From IMG/VR virus record IMGVR_UViG_3300020358_000011, positions 1 through 41,886 of that record: a stretch of 41,886 nt of DNA; one strand, given 5' to 3'. The notes beneath the pieces were generated by a model, which worked only from the letters and a program-made list of their open reading frames with translations, was not told where the DNA came from and made no database searches. This document shows, piece by piece, positions 9,779 through 18,890 of this stretch. This DNA comes from a virus (taxonomy: Duplodnaviria > Caudoviricetes). Positions within the stretch are counted from its first letter, which is position 1. Every line of letters starts with the position of its first letter. A program made the translations under genes and the position numbers.

Positions 9779-10245
9779 AGACTAGAAAGTGCCGCACATG
9801 TTCAGAACATAAACCTCTAAGCCAGATGGCAAAAGATGCGGGTAGACCCGACGGAGCTACCAATCTTTGTAAAGCATGCCGTAGAGAACGAGATTATTTT
9901 AGGGTTCATGGTGTGGAGCGTCCTAAAGACTTGACCCTTGTATTCAAATTAATCGCAGGAGTTGAACATAAGCGTTGCCCTACGTGTTCTGAATATAAAG
10001 CATACGGTAATTTCCACAAAGACAAAAAAGAAGCTAAGGGGATTGCTGCAAGTTGTAAGTCTTGCAGTAACATACGGACGAAACAAACATCCAAACGTAG
10101 CAGTGATGGTCTGGAAGATAAGTATATACGCAACCTCTTAGCTATGCGATCCAAGTTAAAACTGTCAGAGTTCCCTCAAGAAATAGTTGACGTTCAACGA
10201 GAAGTTATAAGAATAAAAAGATTTATAAAGGAGAATAACGTATGA
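9775..10245 (+). CDS. tandem zinc-finger protein
   Basis: Two CxxC-x(~22)-CxxC units (CRTC..CKAC and CPTC..CKSC). Confidence 0.75.
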   Translation: MKTRKCRTCSEHKPLSQMAKDAGRPDGATNLCKACRRERDYFRVHGVERPKDLTLVFKLIAGVEHKRCPTCSEYKAYGNFHKDKKEAKGIAASCKSCSNIRTKQTSKRSSDGLEDKYIRNLLAMRSKLKLSEFPQEIVDVQREVIRIKRFIKENNV

Positions 10246-10451
10246 AAAATGTTGTAGAAGTAAGGGACGCTCTTGCTAAAGCCTTTAAAGGGCTTTCAGA
10301 TGGGACGATGGATTCCAAAGACGCTTCTGAAATGGCAAATCTAGCAGGTAAGATGATAAATTCAGCAAAGGTACAGTTGGATTATCATGCCCTACGTAAA
10401 GACGCACCAAGTATAAAGTTCTTACATGTAGTCGAGGAAGTGCAGGAATGA
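10242..10451 (+). CDS. small helical phage protein (69 aa)
   Basis: AAGGAG RBS; MANLAGKMINSAKVQLDY. Confidence 0.75.
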   Translation: MKNVVEVRDALAKAFKGLSDGTMDSKDASEMANLAGKMINSAKVQLDYHALRKDAPSIKFLHVVEEVQE

Positions 10452-10739
10452 GTAAAGCCGACGAACTAAACAAATGTCCATTTAAATAGGAGACTGGAAA
10501 TGACGGAAGAACAATTTGACGCGCTGTGCATGGAGCAATTTACGCTCGCTTTGGACGGGATACAGAAAAATGCGCCGGAGGATTATGCTACGATAGGGCG
10601 CGACGAGTTCGCAAAGGTTGCGTATTCGGTGTTCTCGCAGGGTATTTATATGGGTTATAATCTAGGCGCGAAGATGGTAGCCGACATGCTAAAAGAAGAG
10701 GGTGTAGCAGAGGAACATATTGTCCAATGAGTAAAGCCG
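10447..10739 (+). repeat. 14-bp direct repeat AATGAGTAAAGCCG (10447-10460 and 10726-10739)
   Basis: Identical copies flank the 76-aa ORF; the second copy is the start of the nuclease gene. Confidence 0.8.
10500..10730 (+). CDS. hypothetical protein (76 aa)
   Basis: AGGAG RBS; ATGA overlap with the next gene. Confidence 0.7.
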   Translation: MTEEQFDALCMEQFTLALDGIQKNAPEDYATIGRDEFAKVAYSVFSQGIYMGYNLGAKMVADMLKEEGVAEEHIVQ

Positions 10740-11401
10740 CGCCGTGGTCGTTTAGTCGGATCAAAGCATTTGAGCAATGCCCCAAACAGTTCTACCATGA
10801 GAAGGTACTCAAGCAGTATCCGTTCAGAGAAACTGAGGCTATGCGCTACGGCACTGAGTTCCACAAGGCATGTGAGGATTACATAGGTAAAGGTACTCCT
10901 GTACCCGCCAAGTTCGACTTTATAAAACCTACGTTGGATTCCCTTAACGACAAAGAAGGCAAGAAGATAGTAGAGCAGAAGTTAGGCTTGACTGCCGATC
11001 TAGAACCCTGCAGTTTCTTTGCAAAAGATGTATGGTTTCGAGGCATTGTTGATCTTGCGATCATAGACAAAGAAACTGGGGTGGGTTGGATCATTGACTA
11101 CAAGACAGGCAGATCGGCGAAGTATGCTGACAAAGGTCAGTTGGAGTTGATGGCGTTGACAATCTTTAAACATTACCCAGAAGTTACCAATCTAAAGGCA
11201 GGGCTGTTATTCGTTATCGCCAAGAGCCTTGTAAAAGCTGAGTACGAAATAGACTTACAGCAACTTCTATGGGGGAAATGGTTAGCAAACTATGCTAAGA
11301 TGGAGAAAGCGTTCGAGGTGGATGTTTGGAATCCAAAGCCATCTGGTCTGTGTAAACGACACTGTCAAGTAGTTGAGTGTCCCCATAATGGAGCAAACTA
11401 A
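10727..11401 (+). CDS. Cas4-like PD-(D/E)XK exonuclease
   Basis: WSFS, CPK, GIVD, IIDYKTG, QL motifs and C-terminal CKRHCQVVEC (Fe-S-type Cys arrangement). Confidence 0.85.
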   Translation: MSKAAPWSFSRIKAFEQCPKQFYHEKVLKQYPFRETEAMRYGTEFHKACEDYIGKGTPVPAKFDFIKPTLDSLNDKEGKKIVEQKLGLTADLEPCSFFAKDVWFRGIVDLAIIDKETGVGWIIDYKTGRSAKYADKGQLELMALTIFKHYPEVTNLKAGLLFVIAKSLVKAEYEIDLQQLLWGKWLANYAKMEKAFEVDVWNPKPSGLCKRHCQVVECPHNGAN

Positions 11402-11844
11402 TGGTGGTTGATTGGGATCATTTTTATTTCTGCAATACTCCTGTAAACAAGTTGGCGGCTATTGTGGCAAACCAACGTAATTGTGGAGAGCAGGTTGCTT
11501 ACGATCCTAGAGTTCTGAAGTTAGTAGTGAAGTTGGTAGATATTACAAACGCAATTAAAACAGCTACCCCTGCAGTTTCAAACGCTATGCGGGATATACC
11601 TATATCTAAAAAGTTTAAACTTACGCGGTTAGACGATTTAGCTAAGATACGAAAACGACTAAAGAAAAAAGATAGGTGTGAAGACGCTAACACAGTCCAT
11701 TTCTATATGGACCTAGTAGCGCAAGCGGGTCACACACACGCAAAGATACGTGCAAAACAACAGGAGTTAGGTATAATACACAATATATCTAGCAGACAAA
11801 CCGCCCGAGTAGCGAAAGGTAGAGCCGATGCCCTATGTAAATAA
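11401..11844 (+). CDS. hypothetical basic protein (147 aa)
   Basis: TAATG coupling with GGAG RBS; no motif recognised. Confidence 0.6.
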   Translation: MVVDWDHFYFCNTPVNKLAAIVANQRNCGEQVAYDPRVLKLVVKLVDITNAIKTATPAVSNAMRDIPISKKFKLTRLDDLAKIRKRLKKKDRCEDANTVHFYMDLVAQAGHTHAKIRAKQQELGIIHNISSRQTARVAKGRADALCK

Positions 11845-12115
11845 ACCCCGCCCATATAAAAAAGAATATCAACAGCAGAAAGCAAGAGGAGAACACGAAG
11901 CTCGTATGGAGCGACAACGCGCCAGACGTGCGATGGATAAGAAAGGTAAAGATGCCAATAAGAACGGCAAAGCCGACAAGAGAGAAGGTAAAGATATCGC
12001 TCACAAGAAGGCACTAAGTAAAGGCGGCACAAACAAGGACGGGTACAAAGTCCAGAGCCGTAAGAAAAATCGAGCCGCGGGTGGTGCTATGAGCAGCCCC
12101 AAGAAAAAAAGGTAG
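11828..12115 (+). CDS. small basic HNH-like protein
   Basis: KDIAHKKALSKGGTN...SRKKNRA, a degenerate HNH. Confidence 0.7.
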   Translation: MPYVNKPRPYKKEYQQQKARGEHEARMERQRARRAMDKKGKDANKNGKADKREGKDIAHKKALSKGGTNKDGYKVQSRKKNRAAGGAMSSPKKKR

Positions 12116-12139
12116 TGACTCACTACTACGGAGAACAAC

Positions 12140-13675
12140 ATGGAAATTTTGAGGGATAAAGCAATAATGCTACGGGTACGTAACCCAAAGCAAATAACAA
12201 CAGCTATCCCCAACAGCAGGGAGCTACCTATGAACAAGGTCGTCGTAAAGTGGGGGTTAGATGAAGTTCTATCCCTGCGTTCGTTAAATATAAATGTACC
12301 ATCACCGATTACAAAACGGTACAGTTGGCCGGGGCAATACACGCCATTCGACCACCAGAAAGACACCGCGTCTTTTATGACACTGAACAAGAAATCCTTT
12401 TGCTTTAACGAGCAGGGTACAGGTAAAACTGCATCAGCCATATGGGCGGCAGACTATCTTATGACCCAAGGCAAAGTTAAACGCGTGCTTGTTGTATGCC
12501 CTTTGTCGATTATGGACAGCGCATGGCGCAACGATTTATTCTCTTTTGCTATGCACCGCACAGTAGATGTAGCGCACGGGAGCAAACAGAAACGCAAGAA
12601 AATAATAAACAGCGGTGCTGAGTTCGTAATCATAAACTACGATGGTGTTGAAGTTGTTAGAGACGAGATTGCGGCAGGTGGATTTGATCTGTTCATCGTT
12701 GACGAGGCTACACACTACAAGAACGCACAGACAAAACGGTGGAAGACACTAAACAAACTAATCAAGGAAGACGATTGGTTATGGATGATGACAGGTACAC
12801 CCGCCGCACAAAGTCCAGTTGATGCCTACGGCCTAGCTAAACTTGTGAACCCTCTTTCAGTACCGAGGTTCTTTGGTGCATGGAGAGATATGGTTATGCA
12901 CAAGATTACGCAGTTTACCTACAAACCGAAAGAGACATCTAAGGATACAGTGTTTCAAGTACTGCAACCCGCGATTAGGTTTACCAAAGACGAGTGCCTT
13001 GACCTGCCAGACATGGTCTACACCAAACGCTTCGTCGAAATGACCCCACAACAGAAGAAGTACTACGAAACACTGCGCAAACAAATGCTGATGCAGGTAG
13101 CAGGAGAGTCCGTGACTTCGGCTAACGCCGCGATCAATATGAACAAGCTACTGCAGATTAGCGCAGGGGCAGTATATACTGACGATGGAGATTCGATAGA
13201 GTTTGACATCAAAAGTCGATACCAAGCGTTAAGGGAAACCATTGACGAGAGTAGTCAAAAACTAATTGTGTTCGTGCCGTTCCGACATACTATAGATATG
13301 GTCGTGCAGAAGCTACGGAATGACGGCGTTACGTGTGAGGTTATACGAGGAGATGTCTCTGCGGCTAACCGAACGGCTATATTCGATAGGTTCCAGACGA
13401 CATCTGACCCGAAGGTGCTAGTGGTTCAGCCACAGTCTGCCGCGCACGGTGTGACCTTGACTGCGGCGAACACAATAGTATGGTGGGGGCCAACTTCTTC
13501 TTTGGAGACTTACCTACAGGCTAACGCACGTATTCATCGTGCAGGTCAGGTGCATAAGTGTACTGTAATTCAGTTGGCAGGGTCTGCCGCGGAAAAACGT
13601 ATTTACCGCATGCTAGACGAGCGTATAAACATACACACTGCAATGATAGATTTATATAAAGAAATACTTGACTAA
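12140..13675 (+). CDS. SNF2-family helicase
   Basis: QGTGKT, VDEAT, MTGTP, HGVTL and QANARIHRAGQ motifs. Confidence 0.92.
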   Translation: MEILRDKAIMLRVRNPKQITTAIPNSRELPMNKVVVKWGLDEVLSLRSLNINVPSPITKRYSWPGQYTPFDHQKDTASFMTLNKKSFCFNEQGTGKTASAIWAADYLMTQGKVKRVLVVCPLSIMDSAWRNDLFSFAMHRTVDVAHGSKQKRKKIINSGAEFVIINYDGVEVVRDEIAAGGFDLFIVDEATHYKNAQTKRWKTLNKLIKEDDWLWMMTGTPAAQSPVDAYGLAKLVNPLSVPRFFGAWRDMVMHKITQFTYKPKETSKDTVFQVLQPAIRFTKDECLDLPDMVYTKRFVEMTPQQKKYYETLRKQMLMQVAGESVTSANAAINMNKLLQISAGAVYTDDGDSIEFDIKSRYQALRETIDESSQKLIVFVPFRHTIDMVVQKLRNDGVTCEVIRGDVSAANRTAIFDRFQTTSDPKVLVVQPQSAAHGVTLTAANTIVWWGPTSSLETYLQANARIHRAGQVHKCTVIQLAGSAAEKRIYRMLDERINIHTAMIDLYKEILD

Positions 13676-13697
13676 CTACCATACAGTAGTATATGAC
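13667..13697 (+). promoter_or_regulatory. possible sigma70-type promoter
   Basis: CTTGAC-N16-GTATAT in the intergenic gap before 13727; spacing is suboptimal. Confidence 0.35.
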
Positions 13698-13726
13698 GGT
13701 AACACAAGTATAAAACGGAGAACAAT

Positions 13727-14116
13727 ATGGCTGTGTCAGTAGACAAGTTAGTTAAGGCGTACACTAAGATACGCGACAAACGTTCGGAGCTAACTTCCAA
13801 ATATAAAGAGGAAGAGAGTAAGCTCCGTGAACAGCAAGACAAGGTAAAACTTGCTTTGTTGGGATATTGCAAAGAACACGAAGTTGATAGTGTACGCACT
13901 GCTTCGGGTCTGTTCTACCGCACTGTCAAGCAACGGTATTGGACAAGCGACTGGGAATCCATGCACAAGTTTATTATGGAAAATGAGCTCCCTGAGTTTT
14001 TCGAGAAGCGTTTAAATCAAACCCATGTACGTCAGTTCATTGAGGAAAACCCTGACCTAGTTCCGGCAGGTCTTAATGTGGATTCTGAGTACGCAATCTC
14101 TGTGAGGAAAAAATGA
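13727..14116 (+). CDS. phage coiled-coil protein of the replication module
   Basis: GGAG RBS; N-terminal coiled coil, then SVRTASG...DWE...VPAGL. Confidence 0.8.
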   Translation: MAVSVDKLVKAYTKIRDKRSELTSKYKEEESKLREQQDKVKLALLGYCKEHEVDSVRTASGLFYRTVKQRYWTSDWESMHKFIMENELPEFFEKRLNQTHVRQFIEENPDLVPAGLNVDSEYAISVRKK

Positions 14117-14337
14117 GTGATATTGAATCGCCATATGTGAATATAAATACTGTAGTGGACTACTTCCAAGTGTCCCTATCTACAATTCGCAAGTGGGTGT
14201 ACACAGGTGAAATCCCTGCGAGTAGTTACATAAAGGTAGGCGATATCTACCGGTTTCGGCTCGATGAAGTGGAAGCGGCATTAGCTTCTAAAACCAATAA
14301 GGCTCACAAAGAAGCCTCAAAAACGAAAGGAGAATAG
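14113..14337 (+). CDS. excisionase-like HTH DNA-binding protein
   Basis: VVDYFQVSLSTIRKWVYTGEIP..IKVG..YRF. Confidence 0.8.
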   Translation: MSDIESPYVNINTVVDYFQVSLSTIRKWVYTGEIPASSYIKVGDIYRFRLDEVEAALASKTNKAHKEASKTKGE

Positions 14338-15063
14338 TTGATGGTAGGCCAATCAACTTTCGGGAGTGGTGATAATCCCAATCGGATTAGTCTCCGTGGT
14401 GGACGTTTCCACCAATCCATTGACGGCGAGCACGTCAGCGTAAGTGATGGCCCATTAGATTTAATTATAGTGAACGCCGCAAAGTTGGCTCGCACTTACT
14501 ATGAAGGTGCGTACGATCCAGCAAACCCATCTGCCCCGACATGTTGGTCGCCAGACACGCAGATACCATCCAAAGATGTTCCGACAGGCCAAAAGCAAGC
14601 TAACCGCTGTATGGACTGCCGACAAAACATTAAAGGTTCAAGTATCGGTGGAGGCCGAGCTTGTAGGTATTCGCAACGTCTAGCTGTTGTATTAGAAGGT
14701 CATATGGATACAGTTTATCAGATGCGTATTCCCGCTACATCTATTTTTGGTAAAGACCAGAAAGGTGATATGTCTATGCAGGGTTACGCTAAGTACTTAC
14801 ACAAGCACAAAACTTCGTCAATATCGGTGGTTACACGGGTACGTTTTGACGAAAAGTCTGAGACACCTAAACTGTTTTTTAAAGCTGTACGTGCGCTTAA
14901 CGAACAAGAACTTAATAAGGCGATTGAACAAAAAAGTAGCCGTGCGGCAAGTACAGCTACGTTACAGACCATGTCGGTTCAACTAGAAACCGCAAGGGAT
15001 AGCTCTCCGTTTACAGAAGTAAGCGGTTTTGAATATAACAAAGGAGAAGACTTATGGCAGTAG
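14338..15063 (+). CDS. Cys-containing replication-module protein (possible ssDNA-binding)
   Basis: RISLRGG, PTCWS, CMDC and RACR motifs; beta-rich. Confidence 0.6.
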   Translation: MMVGQSTFGSGDNPNRISLRGGRFHQSIDGEHVSVSDGPLDLIIVNAAKLARTYYEGAYDPANPSAPTCWSPDTQIPSKDVPTGQKQANRCMDCRQNIKGSSIGGGRACRYSQRLAVVLEGHMDTVYQMRIPATSIFGKDQKGDMSMQGYAKYLHKHKTSSISVVTRVRFDEKSETPKLFFKAVRALNEQELNKAIEQKSSRAASTATLQTMSVQLETARDSSPFTEVSGFEYNKGEDLWQ

Positions 15064-15761
15064 CCAAACAACTACAACTAATTAAGGGCGTCGAAGCCCA
15101 TTACCCACGTCTCAATCAAACATACAGGTTTGATAGGAGTGTTCCCCCTAAAGGGAAGACAGTGCCTTGTGGCCCTACCGAAGAGAACGCAAAGTACGAG
15201 ACAAAGTTTCGTATGAATGATGCACAAGCGAAAGAATTGTATACGGCTATGGTAGTCGCATACAAGGAAGCGGCAGACCCAAACTGGCCTGAAATGCCAA
15301 AGCCTACTGAAGTGTTTGAAAAAGACGCAGATGGTAAGTATATTGGCTCTGCTCAATTAAAGGGTCAGTATTCCGGTGTGATTACCGAAAAGCCTCTACA
15401 GGTTGACGCAAAGAATAGAAGACTACCTTCTGACTTTGAACTCACACACGGTAGTATCGTGAACATGGGAGTAACGCTTGTACCGTACAGTATGTCTACT
15501 CATGGTGTGTCTTTACGGCTAAAAGCTGTGCAAGTTATAACATTGGCGGATAAGAAACAACATTCTCCGTTTGATGCGCAAGAAGGTTTTTCTCTTGATG
15601 AAGATGATCCATCTGTAATATTCGGGGATGTGACTGCTTCTGCTCCTGTTGAAGTGGATGAAATGCCCGAACCAGTAAAGGTCGCCAAGAAAAAAGAGGT
15701 AGTTGCTCCCTCTGCTAACGAGGCTGATCTTGCGTCTATCGTAGATAACTGGGACGACTGA
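15054..15761 (+). CDS. ssDNA-binding protein (T7 gp2.5/DUF2815-like)
   Basis: YPRL, GVSLRLKAVQV and an acidic/aromatic tail ending VDNWDD. Confidence 0.75.
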   Translation: MAVAKQLQLIKGVEAHYPRLNQTYRFDRSVPPKGKTVPCGPTEENAKYETKFRMNDAQAKELYTAMVVAYKEAADPNWPEMPKPTEVFEKDADGKYIGSAQLKGQYSGVITEKPLQVDAKNRRLPSDFELTHGSIVNMGVTLVPYSMSTHGVSLRLKAVQVITLADKKQHSPFDAQEGFSLDEDDPSVIFGDVTASAPVEVDEMPEPVKVAKKKEVVAPSANEADLASIVDNWDD

Positions 15762-15791
15762 GGGGTCAGTCACCTAGTTTAACGATAGGCA

Positions 15792-15840
15792 GTTGCGGCG
15801 GGTTTGTTACCCTTTCGAGAGCCCGCCGCAACATATTTTT
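15792..15840 (+). terminator. strong hairpin/terminator upstream of the primase
   Basis: GTTGCGGCGGGTTT pairs with GAGCCCGCCGCAAC, followed by ATATTTTT and then the GGAG RBS. Confidence 0.6.
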
Positions 15841-15852
15841 GGAGCAGTAGCA

Positions 15853-18678
15853 ATGAATAATTTAGATTTTTTAAAAGGATTACTTAGCGAGTCAGGACAC
15901 TATTGCGTGTTCGCCGCTAAAGGTGATGTACGTATACAAAAGTTTTACGATACTATTGAAGACACAGAAAGAGCTACACGTAAGTTTATAGCAGACGGAT
16001 TGAACACCTATTTTGCTTTAAGCACGTTTAAAGAACCAACCAAAGATGCGGGACGCAAAGGCACGAACGCACACGAGTTGAAGTCTTTCTTCCTCGACTT
16101 GGATTGTGGACCAACATACGAATACCCTACCAAAGAAGCCGCAGTATCTGCAGTACGTGATTTCTGTAAGAAGCTGTCGCTACCTAAACCCTTAATGATT
16201 AACAGTGGTCGAGGCGTGCATGTATATTGGCCTCTTACCGAAGCAGTTTCGGCGGAGCAATGGCTTGTAGAAGCCGACAGACTAAAACGATGCTGTTCTG
16301 AGAACGGATTACTTGCTGACCCTGCAGTCACTGCTGACGTGGTACGTATACTACGCATGCCAAACTCAAAGAACTATAAAGAAGAGCCGCCCCTACCAGT
16401 AGAGTTCCTTGGTGTATCTATGCCAGAACCTATTGCGCTAGAAGATTTTACATCCAAGCTAGGTGTCCTAGCGAAGCCAGTTATAAAGATTGATCTGGGT
16501 ACTGACGCGCTGTACGAAGCCTACGCCGAGAACAGCGAGAATGTTTTTAAGACGATCATTAAGAAGACTGTCGAAGGTCGAGGATGCGAGCAGTTAAAGT
16601 ACATTGCTATGAACCAAGCAGAGGTGAGCGAACCTATGTGGAGAGCGGGTCTATCTATTGCGAAGTTCTGCAGTGATGGAGACATGGCCGCAGTAAAGAT
16701 ATCAGAAAAACATCCTGAGTATAATGAAGCAGATATGCGCAAGAAGATGGAAGAGATCAAAGGCCCATACACCTGTGCAAGTTTTAACGACCTTAACGAA
16801 GGTACATGTCAGAACTGCCCTTTATGGAATGAGATCAAGTCGCCGATTGTATTAGGCAAACGTATTCGGGAGTCCGAAGGCGAAGTGGTAGTATCAGCAC
16901 CGATTCTGAAGGCCGGTGTAAAGAAGTCCGAAGATTTTGAGATACCAGAATATCCTAAGCCTTACTTCCGTGGAGCGGCGGGTGGCGTATTCTTACGCAG
17001 TAGCAATGCTGACGGGGACGTAGAAGAAGAGGTTATATACCATCACGACATTTATATTACTCGGCGTCTACATGACATCGAGCTAGGTGAGACGCTAGTG
17101 TTTCGCTTACATTTACCACGAGACGGTGTGCGCCAGTTTAACGTGCCCCTTACGAGTATAACTTCCCGTGAGGAGTTCCGTAAGTGCATGGCGAAAGAAG
17201 GCGTAACTGCATTTGGAAAAGGCACAGATAAACTTATGGCATACACAACAAAATGGGTTGACGAGCTACAGCGTACAACTGTAGCAGACGAGGCGCACCG
17301 ACAGTTCGGTTGGGCAGACGACAATATGGAAGCGTTCGTATTAGGTGACAAACTAGTTACTGCGACAGGGACTGACTTTAATCCGTCTTCCTCTAGTACA
17401 GCAGGGCTAATGGATTCGTTTGAGGCTAAAGGCACTCGGGAAAAGAACCTTGAACTGTTAGAGTTCTACAACAAACCAAACTACGAACTGCATCAATACG
17501 TGGTCGGCGTTGGTTTCGGCTCACCTCTCATGGCCTTGACAGGTCTAAACAGCATGTCGATCCACCTATATGGCGGTTCGGGCGTAGGTAAAACTACTGC
17601 ACAGATGGCGGCGATCGGTATATGGGGAAGCCCTGACGATCTGATGAACAAGCCAGAGGATACACATAACTCTCGTATGCTACGTGGTGAGGTGATGCAC
17701 AACATACCCTTAGTGTCAGACGAGATGACTAACGTAAATGGTGAACAGATGTCTGACTACGTTTATCAGGTGTCTGGTGGTCGGCAGAAAAACCGCATGT
17801 CTATGAACGGCAACACGGAACGGGCGCGGGGTAAACCTTGGCAACTGCTCGCGTTAAGCTCAGGCAACACGAGTGCATGGGAAGTACTGGGTCGTCACAA
17901 AGCATCTCCGAAAGCAGAGATGTATCGGATGTTTGAGATACGTGTTAAAAAGATGAACTTCACTAAGGGAGACAACACTGCCACAGCCTACCTTATAAAC
18001 GACTTCAAGAATAACTACGGGCATGTAGGCATAGAGTATATACAATGGGTTATAAACAACAAAGAAGAAGTACGCCGTATTGTTGAGTCTGTGCGTACAC
18101 GTCTGGACAGAGCGGCTGGACTTAGCACGGAGCATAGGTTCTGGTCTAATGGGAACGCGGTTATTATTGCAGGTCTTATCATCGCTAATAAGTTGGGCCT
18201 CGTTAATTACGATGTCGGTGCTGTGTATAAGTGGGTTGTGGGTGAATTGCTTTCTCGTAACAGCTACGTCAGCGATACAGGTTCATCTGTTGTGCAAACA
18301 CTCAACAACTACTTGTCAGAAAACTTCAACAACATGCTCAAGATCGAAAGCACTGAAGACCTTCGTGGCAAGAACGAGAATGGCCTAGATCAACTTGTAC
18401 CTGTCGGTGCATCGCCTAAAGGCCATTTGGTTGCACGGTACGAGCCAGACACTAAGCTGTTGTTCCTAAGATTGAAGCCGTTCCGAGAGTGGTGTGTAGA
18501 TCAGCAGATAAACTACCAAGGCATTGTAGACGACTTAAAGAATAAGTTAGGCGCAAAGCGTATCAAGAAACGCCTTACTAAAGGCACTGACTTTAACCTA
18601 CCGCCAGATTGGGTACTAGAGATGGAGTTTGCAGAGATGGAGCAAGATAGTGATGGATCAGAAGGTATTGAAGGTTGA
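15853..18678 (+). CDS. primase-helicase (AEP/RepB-like N-terminus, DUF927-like region, P-loop)
   Basis: FLDLD, SGRGVHVYW, RILRMP, Cys cluster C..F...CQNCP and Walker A GGSGVGKT; GGAG RBS favours ATG 15853. Confidence 0.88.
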   Translation: MNNLDFLKGLLSESGHYCVFAAKGDVRIQKFYDTIEDTERATRKFIADGLNTYFALSTFKEPTKDAGRKGTNAHELKSFFLDLDCGPTYEYPTKEAAVSAVRDFCKKLSLPKPLMINSGRGVHVYWPLTEAVSAEQWLVEADRLKRCCSENGLLADPAVTADVVRILRMPNSKNYKEEPPLPVEFLGVSMPEPIALEDFTSKLGVLAKPVIKIDLGTDALYEAYAENSENVFKTIIKKTVEGRGCEQLKYIAMNQAEVSEPMWRAGLSIAKFCSDGDMAAVKISEKHPEYNEADMRKKMEEIKGPYTCASFNDLNEGTCQNCPLWNEIKSPIVLGKRIRESEGEVVVSAPILKAGVKKSEDFEIPEYPKPYFRGAAGGVFLRSSNADGDVEEEVIYHHDIYITRRLHDIELGETLVFRLHLPRDGVRQFNVPLTSITSREEFRKCMAKEGVTAFGKGTDKLMAYTTKWVDELQRTTVADEAHRQFGWADDNMEAFVLGDKLVTATGTDFNPSSSSTAGLMDSFEAKGTREKNLELLEFYNKPNYELHQYVVGVGFGSPLMALTGLNSMSIHLYGGSGVGKTTAQMAAIGIWGSPDDLMNKPEDTHNSRMLRGEVMHNIPLVSDEMTNVNGEQMSDYVYQVSGGRQKNRMSMNGNTERARGKPWQLLALSSGNTSAWEVLGRHKASPKAEMYRMFEIRVKKMNFTKGDNTATAYLINDFKNNYGHVGIEYIQWVINNKEEVRRIVESVRTRLDRAAGLSTEHRFWSNGNAVIIAGLIIANKLGLVNYDVGAVYKWVVGELLSRNSYVSDTGSSVVQTLNNYLSENFNNMLKIESTEDLRGKNENGLDQLVPVGASPKGHLVARYEPDTKLLFLRLKPFREWCVDQQINYQGIVDDLKNKLGAKRIKKRLTKGTDFNLPPDWVLEMEFAEMEQDSDGSEGIEG

Positions 18679-18880
18679 CGATTTAAACCCTGATGGGTTA
18701 CGGATCACTGTTGACTGGGAAGACATGAGTGTGGGGGCATCCATATTTGTGCCTTGTGTCAACACCGAGAAGGGTAAAGAGCAACTAAACAAGATCGCAA
18801 AACGTAAAGAATGGAAGTTGGATACGCAAACCTGCATAGAAAACGGTAAATTAGGTTTACGTACGTGGCGTACTGTGTAA
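18653..18880 (+). CDS. small hypothetical protein
   Basis: WEDMSVGASIFVP...GLRTWR; GGAG upstream. Confidence 0.7.
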   Translation: MDQKVLKVDDLNPDGLRITVDWEDMSVGASIFVPCVNTEKGKEQLNKIAKRKEWKLDTQTCIENGKLGLRTWRTV

Positions 18881-18884
18881 CAAT
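18856..18884 (+). promoter_or_regulatory. putative sigma70 promoter for an sRNA
   Basis: TTTACG-N17-AACAAT with an extended -10 TG. Confidence 0.45.
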
Positions 18885-18890
18885 ACTCAC

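Larger units (their letters stand above)
19..12126. repeat. dispersed palindrome GTAGTK-NNN-MACTAC (7 copies)
   Basis: Copies at 19-33, 1300-1314, 3020-3034, 4205-4219, 6419-6433, 6534-6548 and 12112-12126. Confidence 0.85.

Noticed and set aside
10727-11401. CRISPR-associated cas4
   Set aside because: Stand-alone Cas4-like nucleases are routine in phage replication modules, and there are no other cas genes or an array.
11828-12115. Active homing endonuclease
   Set aside because: Very short and basic, with DIAH in place of the usual D-H dyad; activity is unsupported.
14113-14337. Evidence of a prophage/excision module
   Set aside because: Only an excisionase-like HTH; no integrase, att site or host genes are in the window.
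325-17705. Many minus-strand ORFs in the early arm (and plus-strand ORFs in the late arm)
   Set aside because: Shadow ORFs antisense to well-supported genes, with no motifs or RBS.
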